DNA of 64,000 nt from Methanobacteriota archaeon (GCA_002730095.1 PBZE01000019.1:9071-73070), one strand, 5' to 3'; shown: positions 1 to 9,608, numbered from the stretch's first letter. Notes: generated by a model from the sequence alone, not told the origin. Made by a program: numbers and translations.

Positions 1-439
1 CTGAAATTTCTTCACTTATATTTCCCCTGCATATTCCCTTAGCAATAATCGTTCTTCCACCGATGACCAGAACTGATACGGCTCTGTACTCACATCCTTT
101 CATGCTTTTGCCACTCATCAAACGCAGTATTCCATCGACTCCAATTTTCCTGAAAACGAATGATGAGTAGCTACCCGGAAACCCATTCAGCGAATCAATG
201 AATAGTCCCGAATCCTCTACAAGAATTGCACAATCTGATTTTTCCGACTCAGGAATCATCGCTATTGCTTGATCTGCCTTGAAAATTGCTATTTTCTCCA
301 GATCGTCAAATTGGGGCTCGATTAGTTCTGGAATACTACCATCGATCATCATTTGCTCTACTTCCATGCCTAATGGTTTGAGATACCTTTTTGCCTCTTC
401 CAATTTATTGGAATTTCCAGTAACAAAGATCACTCTCAT
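1..439 (-). CDS. rdgB: Non-canonical purine NTP pyrophosphatase, RdgB/HAM1 family (3' end runs off the window)
   Basis: Manual translation from ATG at 439 gives MRVIFVTGNSNKLEEAKRYL...ILVEDSGLFIDSLNGFPGSYSS, with the HAM1 motifs TGNxxK and EDSGL...FPGxYS. Not in the ORF track. Confidence 0.92.
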   Translation of the reverse strand, partial: MRVIFVTGNSNKLEEAKRYLKPLGMEVEQMMIDGSIPELIEPQFDDLEKIAIFKADQAIAMIPESEKSDCAILVEDSGLFIDSLNGFPGSYSSFVFRKIGVDGILRLMSGKSMKGCEYRAVSVLVIGGRTIIAKGICRGNISEEIS

Positions 440-443
440 CCTA

Positions 444-1106
444 CTACCCCAGGTACCTTACTCTATTCCTAATATCATTGAATCTCGAAATTACGGATTC
501 TGCGCTTGGCGTGATGGTTGGTGTTGATGCCTTTCTATAGCCAGAGATCACCATCTCTATTGCACCGTCGAAATCGGAGTGGCTTGCTGATAGGCACTCA
601 TTCAATACCTGTAAATCTTGACCAAAATGCTCTAATTCGGCAGATATCCTAGATAGTCCGAAGTCCAATAGTGATATTTTACGATTCGCGTCTATCATGA
701 TATTATGAGTTGTTAGATCCCCATGTGAGAAACCGAGCTCATGTAGATTCCTTATCGTATGACCGACCATTTCCAATTCTTTTTCAGAGACTGATTCATT
801 GATTAGTGACTCATAAATCGGTATTCCGTTGATTCTCGAAAGTACCATCCAACCTGCTTCCAAGTCTAATTCCAATAGTCTTGGAGACGGGAAGTTATTC
901 GGTTGAAGCCTTGAGAGTATCTTTGCCTCAACAGAAATTCTGCTTTTGGTCAGCCTGGCATCCAGTTGTGGATGCCTGTAACCCCTTTTCCTCCTAGCCT
1001 TCAAAACTGCTGGGATTCCCAGCCATAGGCCAGAGGTCACCCTTGCTTCTGCTCCCTCATGGATTATTTCAGACTCATTCCAATACTGAAAATGGAGCCC
1101 CGCCAT
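444..1106 (-). CDS. bud32: KEOPS complex kinase/ATPase Bud32
   Basis: GAEA, K..R..KRGYRHPQLD, HGDLTTHN, DFGLS and C-terminal RxRY motifs. Confidence 0.92.
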   Translation of the reverse strand: MAGLHFQYWNESEIIHEGAEARVTSGLWLGIPAVLKARRKRGYRHPQLDARLTKSRISVEAKILSRLQPNNFPSPRLLELDLEAGWMVLSRINGIPIYESLINESVSEKELEMVGHTIRNLHELGFSHGDLTTHNIMIDANRKISLLDFGLSRISAELEHFGQDLQVLNECLSASHSDFDGAIEMVISGYRKASTPTITPSAESVISRFNDIRNRVRYLG

Positions 1107-1166
1107 GGTTGCGGGAAGTCACATACCTTGAAAGCGATTCCACTGGAGCGGAGATTAGGGATTGCT

Positions 1167-2246
1167 ATGCAGATGCCAAGGGTTCCTTCACCGAGAGGAT
1201 CCATAGAGCCCAAGATTTTCACATCTGAAGAGCTCGAAAGGGAGGCTCAACGTCTCTTTCAATCGATTGGACAGAGAGAACGTTGGGATATGCGAATTTG
1301 CAGGGCTATTTCTCCATTAACTTTGGAAATAAACGAACTGAAGAAAGAGAAGAACGTGTTCTTAATTGCTCATTCCTATCAAACTCCAGACATTGTGTAT
1401 GGAGTAGCTGATTCTGTCTCAGATAGTTACACATTATCCAAAGCAGCCAGAGATGCCCCTGAAGAAACGATTCTTTTCTCTAGTGTCCGTTTTATGGCAG
1501 AGACTGCAAAGATTGTCAGCCCTCATAAAACGATTTTACATCCTTCACCTGAAGCAGGTTGCTCATTGAGTGATGGCATTACCCCAGAAGACGTCATAGA
1601 GCTAAGGAAGAAATACCCCGGGGTTCCTGTTGCATGTTACATCAATACTACTGCAGCAGTGAAGGCAGAGTGTGATGTTTGTGTCACAAGTAGTAACTAT
1701 CTCAGAATTTGTGAGAGATTACCAGGGGACAGGCTGATTTTCGTTCCAGACAGATTCATGGGAAAACATGTTCAAAAGCACCTCCTCGGAAAGAAAGAGG
1801 TGATAGTTTTTGATGGAGAATGCGAAGTCCATGCTGAGTTCACCGGAGATAAGGTTATTTCGTGGAGAAATAGAATGGCGTCCCATGGTGTAGATTTGCA
1901 AGTTCTTTCTCACCCTGAATGCGATTCTGGAGTTCTAGAAGAGAGTGATTTTGTTGGTAGCAGCGAGCTTCTGATGAAAGAGGCTATGCGACTTGCCTCC
2001 GAAGGAAAGCCTGACATCATGCTGATTACAGAGTGTGGAACCGCTGAGAGGATTCTTGCTGAAAGCGAGGATGAAATTAACTTACTAGGAGCGTGTGTAA
2101 TGTGTAGACACATGAAGAGGACTCAGCTAGAAGATATTCTTCAAGCATTGAGGGATCCTAGTCCCGAACAAATCATAGAGATCGATGATAGTGTCATAAA
2201 GAGAGCTAGTAAATCACTGGACGAAATGTTTAGGCTGGCTGAATAG
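1167..2246 (+). CDS. nadA: Quinolinate synthase
   Basis: AHSYQ, SDSYTLS, FMAETAKI, AGCSL, YINT, CEVH, HPEC, TECG and CxxM motifs. Start moved to ATG 1167 to avoid overlap with the divergent bud32. Confidence 0.93.
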   Translation: MQMPRVPSPRGSIEPKIFTSEELEREAQRLFQSIGQRERWDMRICRAISPLTLEINELKKEKNVFLIAHSYQTPDIVYGVADSVSDSYTLSKAARDAPEETILFSSVRFMAETAKIVSPHKTILHPSPEAGCSLSDGITPEDVIELRKKYPGVPVACYINTTAAVKAECDVCVTSSNYLRICERLPGDRLIFVPDRFMGKHVQKHLLGKKEVIVFDGECEVHAEFTGDKVISWRNRMASHGVDLQVLSHPECDSGVLEESDFVGSSELLMKEAMRLASEGKPDIMLITECGTAERILAESEDEINLLGACVMCRHMKRTQLEDILQALRDPSPEQIIEIDDSVIKRASKSLDEMFRLAE

Positions 2247-2251
2247 AAGAG

Positions 2252-4360
2252 TCATCCCTCAGTCTGCCTCTGTCTCGCCCATGTGAAGACAAGTGGGATC
2301 ATTAGAACTACTGATGCCTGTAGAAGAACAGAAGAATATGGCTCAAATGTCTCTTCCATATCATACCACTTCAATTCTGCCTCTCCATCGATTCCCGATT
2401 CAATCCAGCCTACTCCGCCCACAGTAACCTGCGGACTTGAGTGGCTCTCTTGATCATCAAAAGTGAGTTGTCTAGTTTGATTTAGATCAATTTGGTAAAT
2501 GAATACTTGTGGGGCCTCAGACTGTTCTGGACTGGTCGAACCGGGTTGAAATCTTGGAATCTGCAAGAATGCGACATTACCATGTCCTATGCTCGGGGAG
2601 GATGATTCCCAAAGAGGATTGGAGATTAATGTCTGCATACCTGAAATAGTATCTACGAAGACGGTTCTCTTTATTGGTCCTATATCTACAACTGCAGCAA
2701 TTGACTGCCCGTCCACAGATATGTCTACGACGCTTGCATTGGAGTAGTTGACATCGATCCCTGACTCCTCCATTAGGAATTCATCTTGATCTTCATTGGC
2801 CTCCACATTCAAGTAAACAGAAGTTTCAGACGTTGTTCCCGTAAGGAATGATGAGTATACCGTGGGACCAGATGTATCGTTTTTCAAGGACCATGCTATC
2901 GAGTTTCCAGAAACCTCTAGAGTTTCTAAATCTGGTGGGATGCCCTCTAAATCCGATATTTCTTGCTCATAGTTCATCGAAATAGTACTATCTTCAGTAA
3001 CGATCACAATCATCGGCCCTCCGTCTTGATCTTGACCGATATCAGACATTTCGATTACGAAATCGGTTTCGACAGAATAGACTGGCGAATAGGGATCTGT
3101 AATCGACTCCAAGTCATATAGATCGATTCTAGATTTATTATTCAGTAGCAAATACGGACCTGAAATTGAGATACTTGGCTCCTCAATCCAATTGGGGCCG
3201 GACAGTACTACTGCATCTCTAGAATTCTCCATACTGATATTCAAGGCAGAGACCTCAATGTCGTCTATTCCATCCATTTGTGGGTCGACCTCGATTCCGA
3301 TTAGCCAATCATCGGACCCAGCAGCTGATGTTGGCCATTCAACCCCTTCCACGGGAAACTCTTGATGTGTTGCGTCCCACAATAGAACTAGTCCCGTAGA
3401 TAGTAGAAGTGCAGCAATGAATACGCTGGTCTGCTTACTCCCTGGCTCTTTGAGAGGAGAAATCCTCTCGTTCAGAAGAGTCTTGAATCCGCTGAAGAAT
3501 GCCCTGGGATCATCAATTAGCCTTGCTAGCTTGCGTGTGAAAAGCCTCTCATCTGCTAATGTCCAAATTCCTTTTTGGGTTCTTTCGGTTACTGCGACTG
3601 AAGCTACTGCCACAATCATCCCTCCAAGAATATCCATTACCCAATGAATTCCGAGATAAATGATTGAGAAAGCGGTAAGAGCGATAAAGACCACTAGAAG
3701 CCTTCTGAACTTCATCCATCTGCCATCTTCATCCCATCTAGTCATAGTCAGCCAGATTGCGAATGGCAAACCTATGTGCAGACTGGGCATCCCATTGGTA
3801 AATGGATCGATTCTCGTGAACCAGTTGTGAATCTCCGGTGTCAGATCGTAAGCGACTGTTTCCATCAGTGGAATATAGTCACCTGTTACCCTCACATTGA
3901 AGAATAAGTAGAACGGGATTGCTAGAACATATACCCAAAACATCGACAATGATACCCTATCTGCCATATGTCGATCATCGAAGTATATCGGGTAAACAAA
4001 TGATGCGAAAGTAACCGTCATGAATCCCATGACATAGAAATGGGTCAGGATAACGTCCAGTAATGATGTCCTGAATGCCTCTTGAATCCACAATACAATA
4101 TCGCCCTCGATTGCATACACATATGGAGTCATGTCCAGCTGGGTGTTTGCCATTAATACCCTGTCTAAACCATCGAGAATATCTTTCCAAAGATATACCG
4201 AGAAAACGACTATCATGTGTGCCCAATATCTTCTGAACATATCGATGAAGCCTTCTATCCTAACTTTCGTATATGGTGGCTTGAAAATTGGCATCATCGC
4301 AATACTAAGCAATATTGCCCCTGTTATCCAAGTGATGTAGATTCCACTGCCAACAGCCAT
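2252..4360 (-). CDS. PAP2/Aur1-like integral membrane phosphatase/phosphotransferase fused to an acidic extracellular domain and C-terminal TM anchor
   Basis: MPSLHIG and YLGIHWxxDxxGG motifs of the PAP2_3/IPC-synthase type. Multiple TM helices, then about 350 aa acidic, beta-rich region with TolB-like endings. Confidence 0.75.
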   Translation of the reverse strand: MAVGSGIYITWITGAILLSIAMMPIFKPPYTKVRIEGFIDMFRRYWAHMIVVFSVYLWKDILDGLDRVLMANTQLDMTPYVYAIEGDIVLWIQEAFRTSLLDVILTHFYVMGFMTVTFASFVYPIYFDDRHMADRVSLSMFWVYVLAIPFYLFFNVRVTGDYIPLMETVAYDLTPEIHNWFTRIDPFTNGMPSLHIGLPFAIWLTMTRWDEDGRWMKFRRLLVVFIALTAFSIIYLGIHWVMDILGGMIVAVASVAVTERTQKGIWTLADERLFTRKLARLIDDPRAFFSGFKTLLNERISPLKEPGSKQTSVFIAALLLSTGLVLLWDATHQEFPVEGVEWPTSAAGSDDWLIGIEVDPQMDGIDDIEVSALNISMENSRDAVVLSGPNWIEEPSISISGPYLLLNNKSRIDLYDLESITDPYSPVYSVETDFVIEMSDIGQDQDGGPMIVIVTEDSTISMNYEQEISDLEGIPPDLETLEVSGNSIAWSLKNDTSGPTVYSSFLTGTTSETSVYLNVEANEDQDEFLMEESGIDVNYSNASVVDISVDGQSIAAVVDIGPIKRTVFVDTISGMQTLISNPLWESSSPSIGHGNVAFLQIPRFQPGSTSPEQSEAPQVFIYQIDLNQTRQLTFDDQESHSSPQVTVGGVGWIESGIDGEAELKWYDMEETFEPYSSVLLQASVVLMIPLVFTWARQRQTEG

Positions 4361-4417
4361 ATCAATATCCTCCGAGAGGCATGTTTGAAATGAATTCGAC
4401 CCTAAAATTCACTCTTT

Positions 4418-5422
4418 TTAGGTGATCTTTACGTTGTGGCTATTACGGTTATCTAGTGAAATCAGAATCTCATCCACCACTCCACTGAAGGCTAGAGCTG
4501 TTTCTCCATCTGGATCTGCAACAATCCTATGCACGCCATCATCGCCGCCTCTGACAACTCCGGGGTCAAAAGGAAGTCTTCCCAAAAATGGTACTTCCAA
4601 ATCGTGAGCCGATTCTTCCCCTCCTCCAGATTTGAAGAGATCTAATCTGGCAGTCCAAGAACCATCCTCAGATGCAGTGATATTGATTGGGAGTCCATTC
4701 GGGCCAGTTAGGGAGAATTCAGCACCTGGGCTCGCGTTTCCTGAAATTTTGTAACCGCTCATATTCTCAACTACTCCAAGGACTGGTACAGAAATTGTTT
4801 TTGCGAAATTAATTGATTTTCGACTATCCAGCAGAGCTACTTCCTGTGGAGTGGTAACAATCACTACTCCGTCCAAGTTGGGAAGGGTCTGACTGACAGT
4901 GAGAGGTTCATCTCCAGTCCCTGGAGGAAAGTCGATGACAAGTGCATCCAAATCTCCCCACGCGACATCTCCGATAAATTGTTGAATTGCTCCCAACTTG
5001 ATTGGACCTCTCCAGATTACTGGCTTATCGGGATCCTCAATAAGGAATGCCATCGAGATGACTTTTATCCCGTGTGGACCGATAGCAGGGAAAATCTGAC
5101 CATCTTCTATATGCAACTCAGTACCTTCTAATCCTAGCATTTTAGGTACATTTGGACCGGTTATATCAATATCCATTAGTCCCACTTTCTTTCCCATCTT
5201 CGCTAAAGAAAGAGCTATTCCAGTAGCCACAGTGGTTTTTCCAACGCCCCCCTTTCCAGAAAGAACCATGATTTTATGCTTTATTGACTCACTCATCTTT
5301 GACATTCTCATTTTTCTTTGCATCTGCTGATACGCCTGTTCCATCTGGGCTCTCTGGTTCGAGTTTGCCTCTTGATCAGGAGGCGATTCGGGTGAATGAT
5401 GAGACACTGGAGAGCCTACCAT
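4418..5422 (-). CDS. mrp: Mrp/NBP35-family P-loop ATPase, atypical (no cysteines)
   Basis: SGKGGVGKTT, DIDITGPNVP, VIWRGP, DFPPGTGD, VTTPQ and ENMS signatures. The CxxC after ENMS is absent. Confidence 0.9.
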   Translation of the reverse strand: MVGSPVSHHSPESPPDQEANSNQRAQMEQAYQQMQRKMRMSKMSESIKHKIMVLSGKGGVGKTTVATGIALSLAKMGKKVGLMDIDITGPNVPKMLGLEGTELHIEDGQIFPAIGPHGIKVISMAFLIEDPDKPVIWRGPIKLGAIQQFIGDVAWGDLDALVIDFPPGTGDEPLTVSQTLPNLDGVVIVTTPQEVALLDSRKSINFAKTISVPVLGVVENMSGYKISGNASPGAEFSLTGPNGLPINITASEDGSWTARLDLFKSGGGEESAHDLEVPFLGRLPFDPGVVRGGDDGVHRIVADPDGETALAFSGVVDEILISLDNRNSHNVKIT

Positions 5423-5524
5423 GATGTATGGCGGAGGAGGAGATACTTCAATGCTATTCTAACTTAATTAGTAAAATAATACTATATGGATTGCATTAAT
5501 TTAGTGCGATTAATTCCGTTAGTC

Positions 5525-5902
5525 ATGAAGCTACTGTTCGTGTGTGTTGGGAATACGTGCAGAAGTCAAATCGCCGAGGCAGTTGCCAAGAGTCTGGGGC
5601 ATGATGCGATCTCGGCTGGGACGCATCCTGGACGAAAGGTGAACATCAACGCTACAAGGGTCCTTGAAGAAGCTGGAGTGGATTGTTCCGATCTTTATCC
5701 CAAGTCGTTAGATGATATTGATACTTCGGGACATGATATGATAATCAGCATGGGATGTGGAGTAGAGTGCCCCGGTCTTCCTATCGATCAGGACTGGGGG
5801 TTGGAGGACCCACTTGGAAAGTCGCTTGAATTCTACAGATTCACAATGCACACAATCACAGAATTAGTCAAAGAGGCAATCAGGGAATGGACCGACGCTT
5901 AG
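5525..5902 (+). CDS. arsC: Low-molecular-weight phosphatase / ArsC-type arsenate reductase
   Basis: LFVCVGNTCRSQIAE P-loop, SAGT, MGCGVECP and DWGLEDP. Confidence 0.82.
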   Translation: MKLLFVCVGNTCRSQIAEAVAKSLGHDAISAGTHPGRKVNINATRVLEEAGVDCSDLYPKSLDDIDTSGHDMIISMGCGVECPGLPIDQDWGLEDPLGKSLEFYRFTMHTITELVKEAIREWTDA

Positions 5903-5931
5903 AAAAGCGATTCTGGTTTCCCTAGACACAT

Positions 5932-6006
5932 ACGAGTGTAGTGTAGTGGTTATCACCCGGCGTTGCCAACGCCGGAACCCGGGTTCAAATCCCGGCACTC
6001 GTACCA
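5932..6006 (+). tRNA. tRNA-Gly(GCC), CCA encoded, A1-U72 first pair
   Basis: Acceptor ACGAGTG/CACTCGT, D arm with GG, anticodon arm CGGCG-TTGCCAA-CGCCG, T arm CCGGG-TTCAAAT-CCCGG, discriminator A, then CCA. Confidence 0.96.
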
Positions 6007-6009
6007 TAT

Positions 6010-9000
6010 TCAATCAAAGTCGGACTTTCTAATCTGCAGAATCACTGCTGCCATGCCGATAAGAAGAATTGAAAATGAGGAAATTAGTATGATTGTTGAG
6101 AAATTTTGAGATAGCCAGCTCGAGTCACCGGTGCAGCATTCCGAGTATTGTACCGATAATATGTACCCCTGGTTCTCAGGAGGAGTAGATGAGATGAAAA
6201 TATCTGTAGCTCGAATATTAATCTCCAATTCTCCCTCTGGGATTGTTGATCTAGCATCGAAATTCAATGAGTATATTCCGTCTCCAGCGACTCTATCGCC
6301 CGATGTTCCGTCGTCGACCATCAACAACCATTGCTCTGACTTGCCTATATCAGCAAGTCTTCCTATCATCGCCTGAACCGAAGAAACTCCATCAGGATCA
6401 GAAACCGCTACTTCCATGTGGTGAGTCAGTTGCCCTCCACTATTGGAAACAAGCACCGGGTGAAAGAATTCTCCTTGCTCATTCTGATAGGTGAGAGGGG
6501 CTCCGTCTCTCCAAATCTCAAGTGATGTTATCGTGGGATATTCGTTATTTATCACCAAAGATGGCATTGTCTCGATATTATTTGAGAAAACCTCTGCCCC
6601 TTGTGAATCAGATAAACGGAGTGGAATTACTCTCTCACCAGGAGGAATTGTATATGGAATTCTAAACTCTCCTGACCAGATTCCTGATGAATCTGAATAG
6701 GACAAATTGAACATTTCACCCCCTACGCTCAAAAGATCTACCGATACTGAACTAACGCCATGGCCATCTACTGCCTCCACTGAAATTCCCAATGTCTGCC
6801 CTCTGACTGCTGACTGATCGGAGAATTGAATTGAGTTGACCCTTGGAGGAAGATTATCCACGAAAATTTCTCCATTTTCAATAACTTGGGTCCAATAGTC
6901 ATTAATGATCACAGGTATGGAGAATTGACCGAATTGAAGTCCGTCATAGTTAATGATGGAAGTCCATACATCATCCCGAATTGTCGTATCTCCCGATAAT
7001 CCACTATCAGAGAGTGTGATCTGTCCAAGACCAATGGAAGACATGTCCACAATGACTGAAACAACGTCCGTGTCTATGTCCTCGATCATTACTTCGATAT
7101 GCGAGACCCCGCCTTCGGTATGCAAGAATCCCTCTCTGAACGAAATGGAAAGTAGGGAAGGAGGGGTGTTCTCATCAGGAGTAATGATTGTTGGATAAAG
7201 CACCCTGTCCACTTTCTGATATTCCATGAATGTCATACCTGATGATGAGTTTCCTTCCTGTCCCGTCAGTGAAACCCACCTATTTACCTCAAACAAAAGT
7301 CCTGAGAGGGGACCTTCGTTAACGAAGAAGCCAGAAGCTGAAATATCTCCGAAGTCTAGATTACCCGCCCACTCAGCGACTTCTACTAGGTGCCCGTCCA
7401 TTACCTTCTCGGAAATTGACAGAATAAAGACCTCTAGAATATTGGAAGGGTTGGCGAACAACACGAAGGCGTCACCGGGCACTACTACACTGGGAGAAGC
7501 CCCGCTTTCTCTTGAAATTTGATTAGATATCAAGGGGCTCGCTTGGGGCCTGGAAGGTTGCTCAATAATTGGAGAATCTGGTGGGAATTCATCAGATACT
7601 GTGCCATTGTCCTCGACATATTGGATCCTTACTGTTCTATTGAGCCAGTCTTGTTGAGGGACGGTAAACTCGTACGTCAAATTATGCTCGGCACCGAATT
7701 CTTGAGAAATTGGGCCGAATGGAGTAGCAGAAACATTCCACCAGAACTCATTCTGAATCTTGTCAACTTCGTATGGAACCCCTTCAGAATTTTGCTGCAC
7801 TCCAGAGTCAACTATCTGTCTCACCAATCCAAAACTCCCCTCGATGTCTCCATCATAAGTTCCATCCACAATAATGGTATCAGAGACTGTCTCTCCTCCA
7901 TTGGACTCAATATGGACAATTGGAATTGTTCCGTTAACATCTATGTTGAAGTCGTCATCTCTAATCTCAAAACCAAATTCTCCCCCTCCGAAAGCCCTGA
8001 ATAGCTGCTCTTCTCTGGTATCGTCAGACCATCTCTCTCTGATGATCAGATCATCCAGCTCGAAAGAGAAGAAATCGGACCCACCTGAGACCCTTATTGA
8101 TGCATTAGCATCTATCTGGAAATTCTGAATTCTTCTGAGTCCGTTTTCATCGAAGGATTCGAAATAGAAACTCTCTATCTGTCCAAATCCCCCCTCGGAG
8201 CTTTCATTATCCCCCCCATTAAATGACAGCCAGCCCCCACCTTCAATGGAGATCCTCTCTGTGAGGCTTCCATCAGTCCATGATCGGTTGACCAAAGCAC
8301 TAGTTACTGAAATCTGGGCCGAGAATCCTTCATCAAGTGACCCATCTGAATTACCTTCACTAAGAAACATGATGCCATTCCCTTGCATCTCGAAATCTTG
8401 AGAAGTCAGATCGTTACCGTCATACGACTCATTAAGCCATATTCTATCCAAATCCAGATCAAGAATGATTCCATTTTCGCCATTCATAGTGTTCATCCTC
8501 AGTGAGCCATTGCCAAGCTCGTTTGATTCCAGAACCTGCCCTGTTCTTTTCTGCCATCCCCTGCCTTCGAACTCGATGCTCTGTTCATCGGATTCGTCTC
8601 CCTCTAGCGACCAGAGTGTCTCCCTGGTTATCTCATGATCATCAATCGGCTGATTCCAATTGGTTACAGTTACTGATCTGCTACATACCGATTCTGTGCT
8701 AGAGAAGTCAACAAGGATTTTATGTCCAAACTCCGGTTCTGTATCTAACTCGATGTCGACCTCCCCTCCTGCGCTGATGTAAGAGACATTGACTGGGATT
8801 TGTTCGGAGAGATGATTATTGTGTGCGGAACTTATTGAAACGGCGGATGGGGCCTCACCTTGCTCGAATGGTGGATTGAAAATGACCTTGTACCTGTGAA
8901 TGTGGTGTAATGTGGCAATCTCGCCTTCATCATTGGGCTCCTGTAGCCAATTAACTTGGTAGTCCCAATCAACTAGAATATCACAGCTTCTCGATGAGGA

Positions 9001-9123
9001 TGATTGACCCGAAGCCAATACTGAGTGATTTCCAAGGAGGAGAATTGATGTTATCAGGAGAGAGATGCCGATTTTACCGGGCGACTCAGTCGTAGCTTGA
9101 ATATACATCCTACCATACGGCAA
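6010..9123 (-). CDS. Large secreted, C-terminally anchored acidic surface protein with Ig-like / choice-of-anchor-X-like repeats
   Basis: N-terminal hydrophobic signal; two L(S/V)D(S/D)GxxGDxxxxD(D/G)x(W/Y) repeats; NxPPx(I/L/V) and VxDxDGVxSV Ig-like starts; C-terminal TM followed by RK. Confidence 0.75.
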   Translation of the reverse strand: MPYGRMYIQATTESPGKIGISLLITSILLLGNHSVLASGQSSSSRSCDILVDWDYQVNWLQEPNDEGEIATLHHIHRYKVIFNPPFEQGEAPSAVSISSAHNNHLSEQIPVNVSYISAGGEVDIELDTEPEFGHKILVDFSSTESVCSRSVTVTNWNQPIDDHEITRETLWSLEGDESDEQSIEFEGRGWQKRTGQVLESNELGNGSLRMNTMNGENGIILDLDLDRIWLNESYDGNDLTSQDFEMQGNGIMFLSEGNSDGSLDEGFSAQISVTSALVNRSWTDGSLTERISIEGGGWLSFNGGDNESSEGGFGQIESFYFESFDENGLRRIQNFQIDANASIRVSGGSDFFSFELDDLIIRERWSDDTREEQLFRAFGGGEFGFEIRDDDFNIDVNGTIPIVHIESNGGETVSDTIIVDGTYDGDIEGSFGLVRQIVDSGVQQNSEGVPYEVDKIQNEFWWNVSATPFGPISQEFGAEHNLTYEFTVPQQDWLNRTVRIQYVEDNGTVSDEFPPDSPIIEQPSRPQASPLISNQISRESGASPSVVVPGDAFVLFANPSNILEVFILSISEKVMDGHLVEVAEWAGNLDFGDISASGFFVNEGPLSGLLFEVNRWVSLTGQEGNSSSGMTFMEYQKVDRVLYPTIITPDENTPPSLLSISFREGFLHTEGGVSHIEVMIEDIDTDVVSVIVDMSSIGLGQITLSDSGLSGDTTIRDDVWTSIINYDGLQFGQFSIPVIINDYWTQVIENGEIFVDNLPPRVNSIQFSDQSAVRGQTLGISVEAVDGHGVSSVSVDLLSVGGEMFNLSYSDSSGIWSGEFRIPYTIPPGERVIPLRLSDSQGAEVFSNNIETMPSLVINNEYPTITSLEIWRDGAPLTYQNEQGEFFHPVLVSNSGGQLTHHMEVAVSDPDGVSSVQAMIGRLADIGKSEQWLLMVDDGTSGDRVAGDGIYSLNFDARSTIPEGELEINIRATDIFISSTPPENQGYILSVQYSECCTGDSSWLSQNFSTIILISSFSILLIGMAAVILQIRKSDFD

Positions 9124-9188
9124 TAGTTCGAATTGTTCAAGATATCCCCTACAAGGACTTACGACCTATTTAGTAACATAAGAGATTC

Positions 9189-9608
9189 TCAGAACAATGG
9201 CTCTTCATAGTCGTCGTCTTCACCAGATCTTTCCTTCCAGAGAGAGACCGGTACGTCATCGTAAACATCTGAGTATGGGTCCTTCTCTTTCTGATTCAAC
9301 AAAGCAGCCTCGGCCGCGGCTCTGGCGAACTCTTCCGCATTTGCCTTGAACTTCCAATAGTGAATTCTCCACTCTCTGCCATCCCATAATGTTGTTTCTT
9401 CGGATTCGGTGGTTAAGAGATCATAGTCTTGAAGTTGGTAGAACAGATTTCTGTCCGTAGGCTCAAGAGCGTTGTCGATAATCCTGTTTGAGAAACCGAA
9501 GAATCCGAGAGCGTGCTCTGCAATTGATTCGGCAACAACAACCTCCATGTCAGTATCTACCTTGCTCCTAATAGCTGAAGTAAGCTGAGCTAGTGTCAAT
9601 CCCATCAC
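9189..9608 (-). CDS. Conserved Thermoplasmatota protein (DUF6015-like, possibly winged-helix)
   Basis: FFGFxxRIIDNxLEPxDRxxFYxLxDxxLLxTExEETTLxDGREWRIHYW pattern recalled from this family. Confidence 0.65.
   Translation of the reverse strand: MMGLTLAQLTSAIRSKVDTDMEVVVAESIAEHALGFFGFSNRIIDNALEPTDRNLFYQLQDYDLLTTESEETTLWDGREWRIHYWKFKANAEEFARAAAEAALLNQKEKDPYSDVYDDVPVSLWKERSGEDDDYEEPLF

Noticed and set aside
1059-1166. N-terminal extension of NadA overlapping bud32
   Set aside because: Artefact of longest-ORF calling. ATG 1167 leaves a normal divergent promoter gap.
5493-5507. Imperfect inverted repeat GCATTAA-T-TTAGTGC upstream of arsC as an ArsR operator
   Set aside because: Short, AT-rich and mismatched, with no arsR or arsenite exporter in the window.
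5932-9123. tRNA-Gly as the integration site of an island
   Set aside because: No integrase, and I found no duplicated tRNA 3' end in the window. Downstream genes look native.
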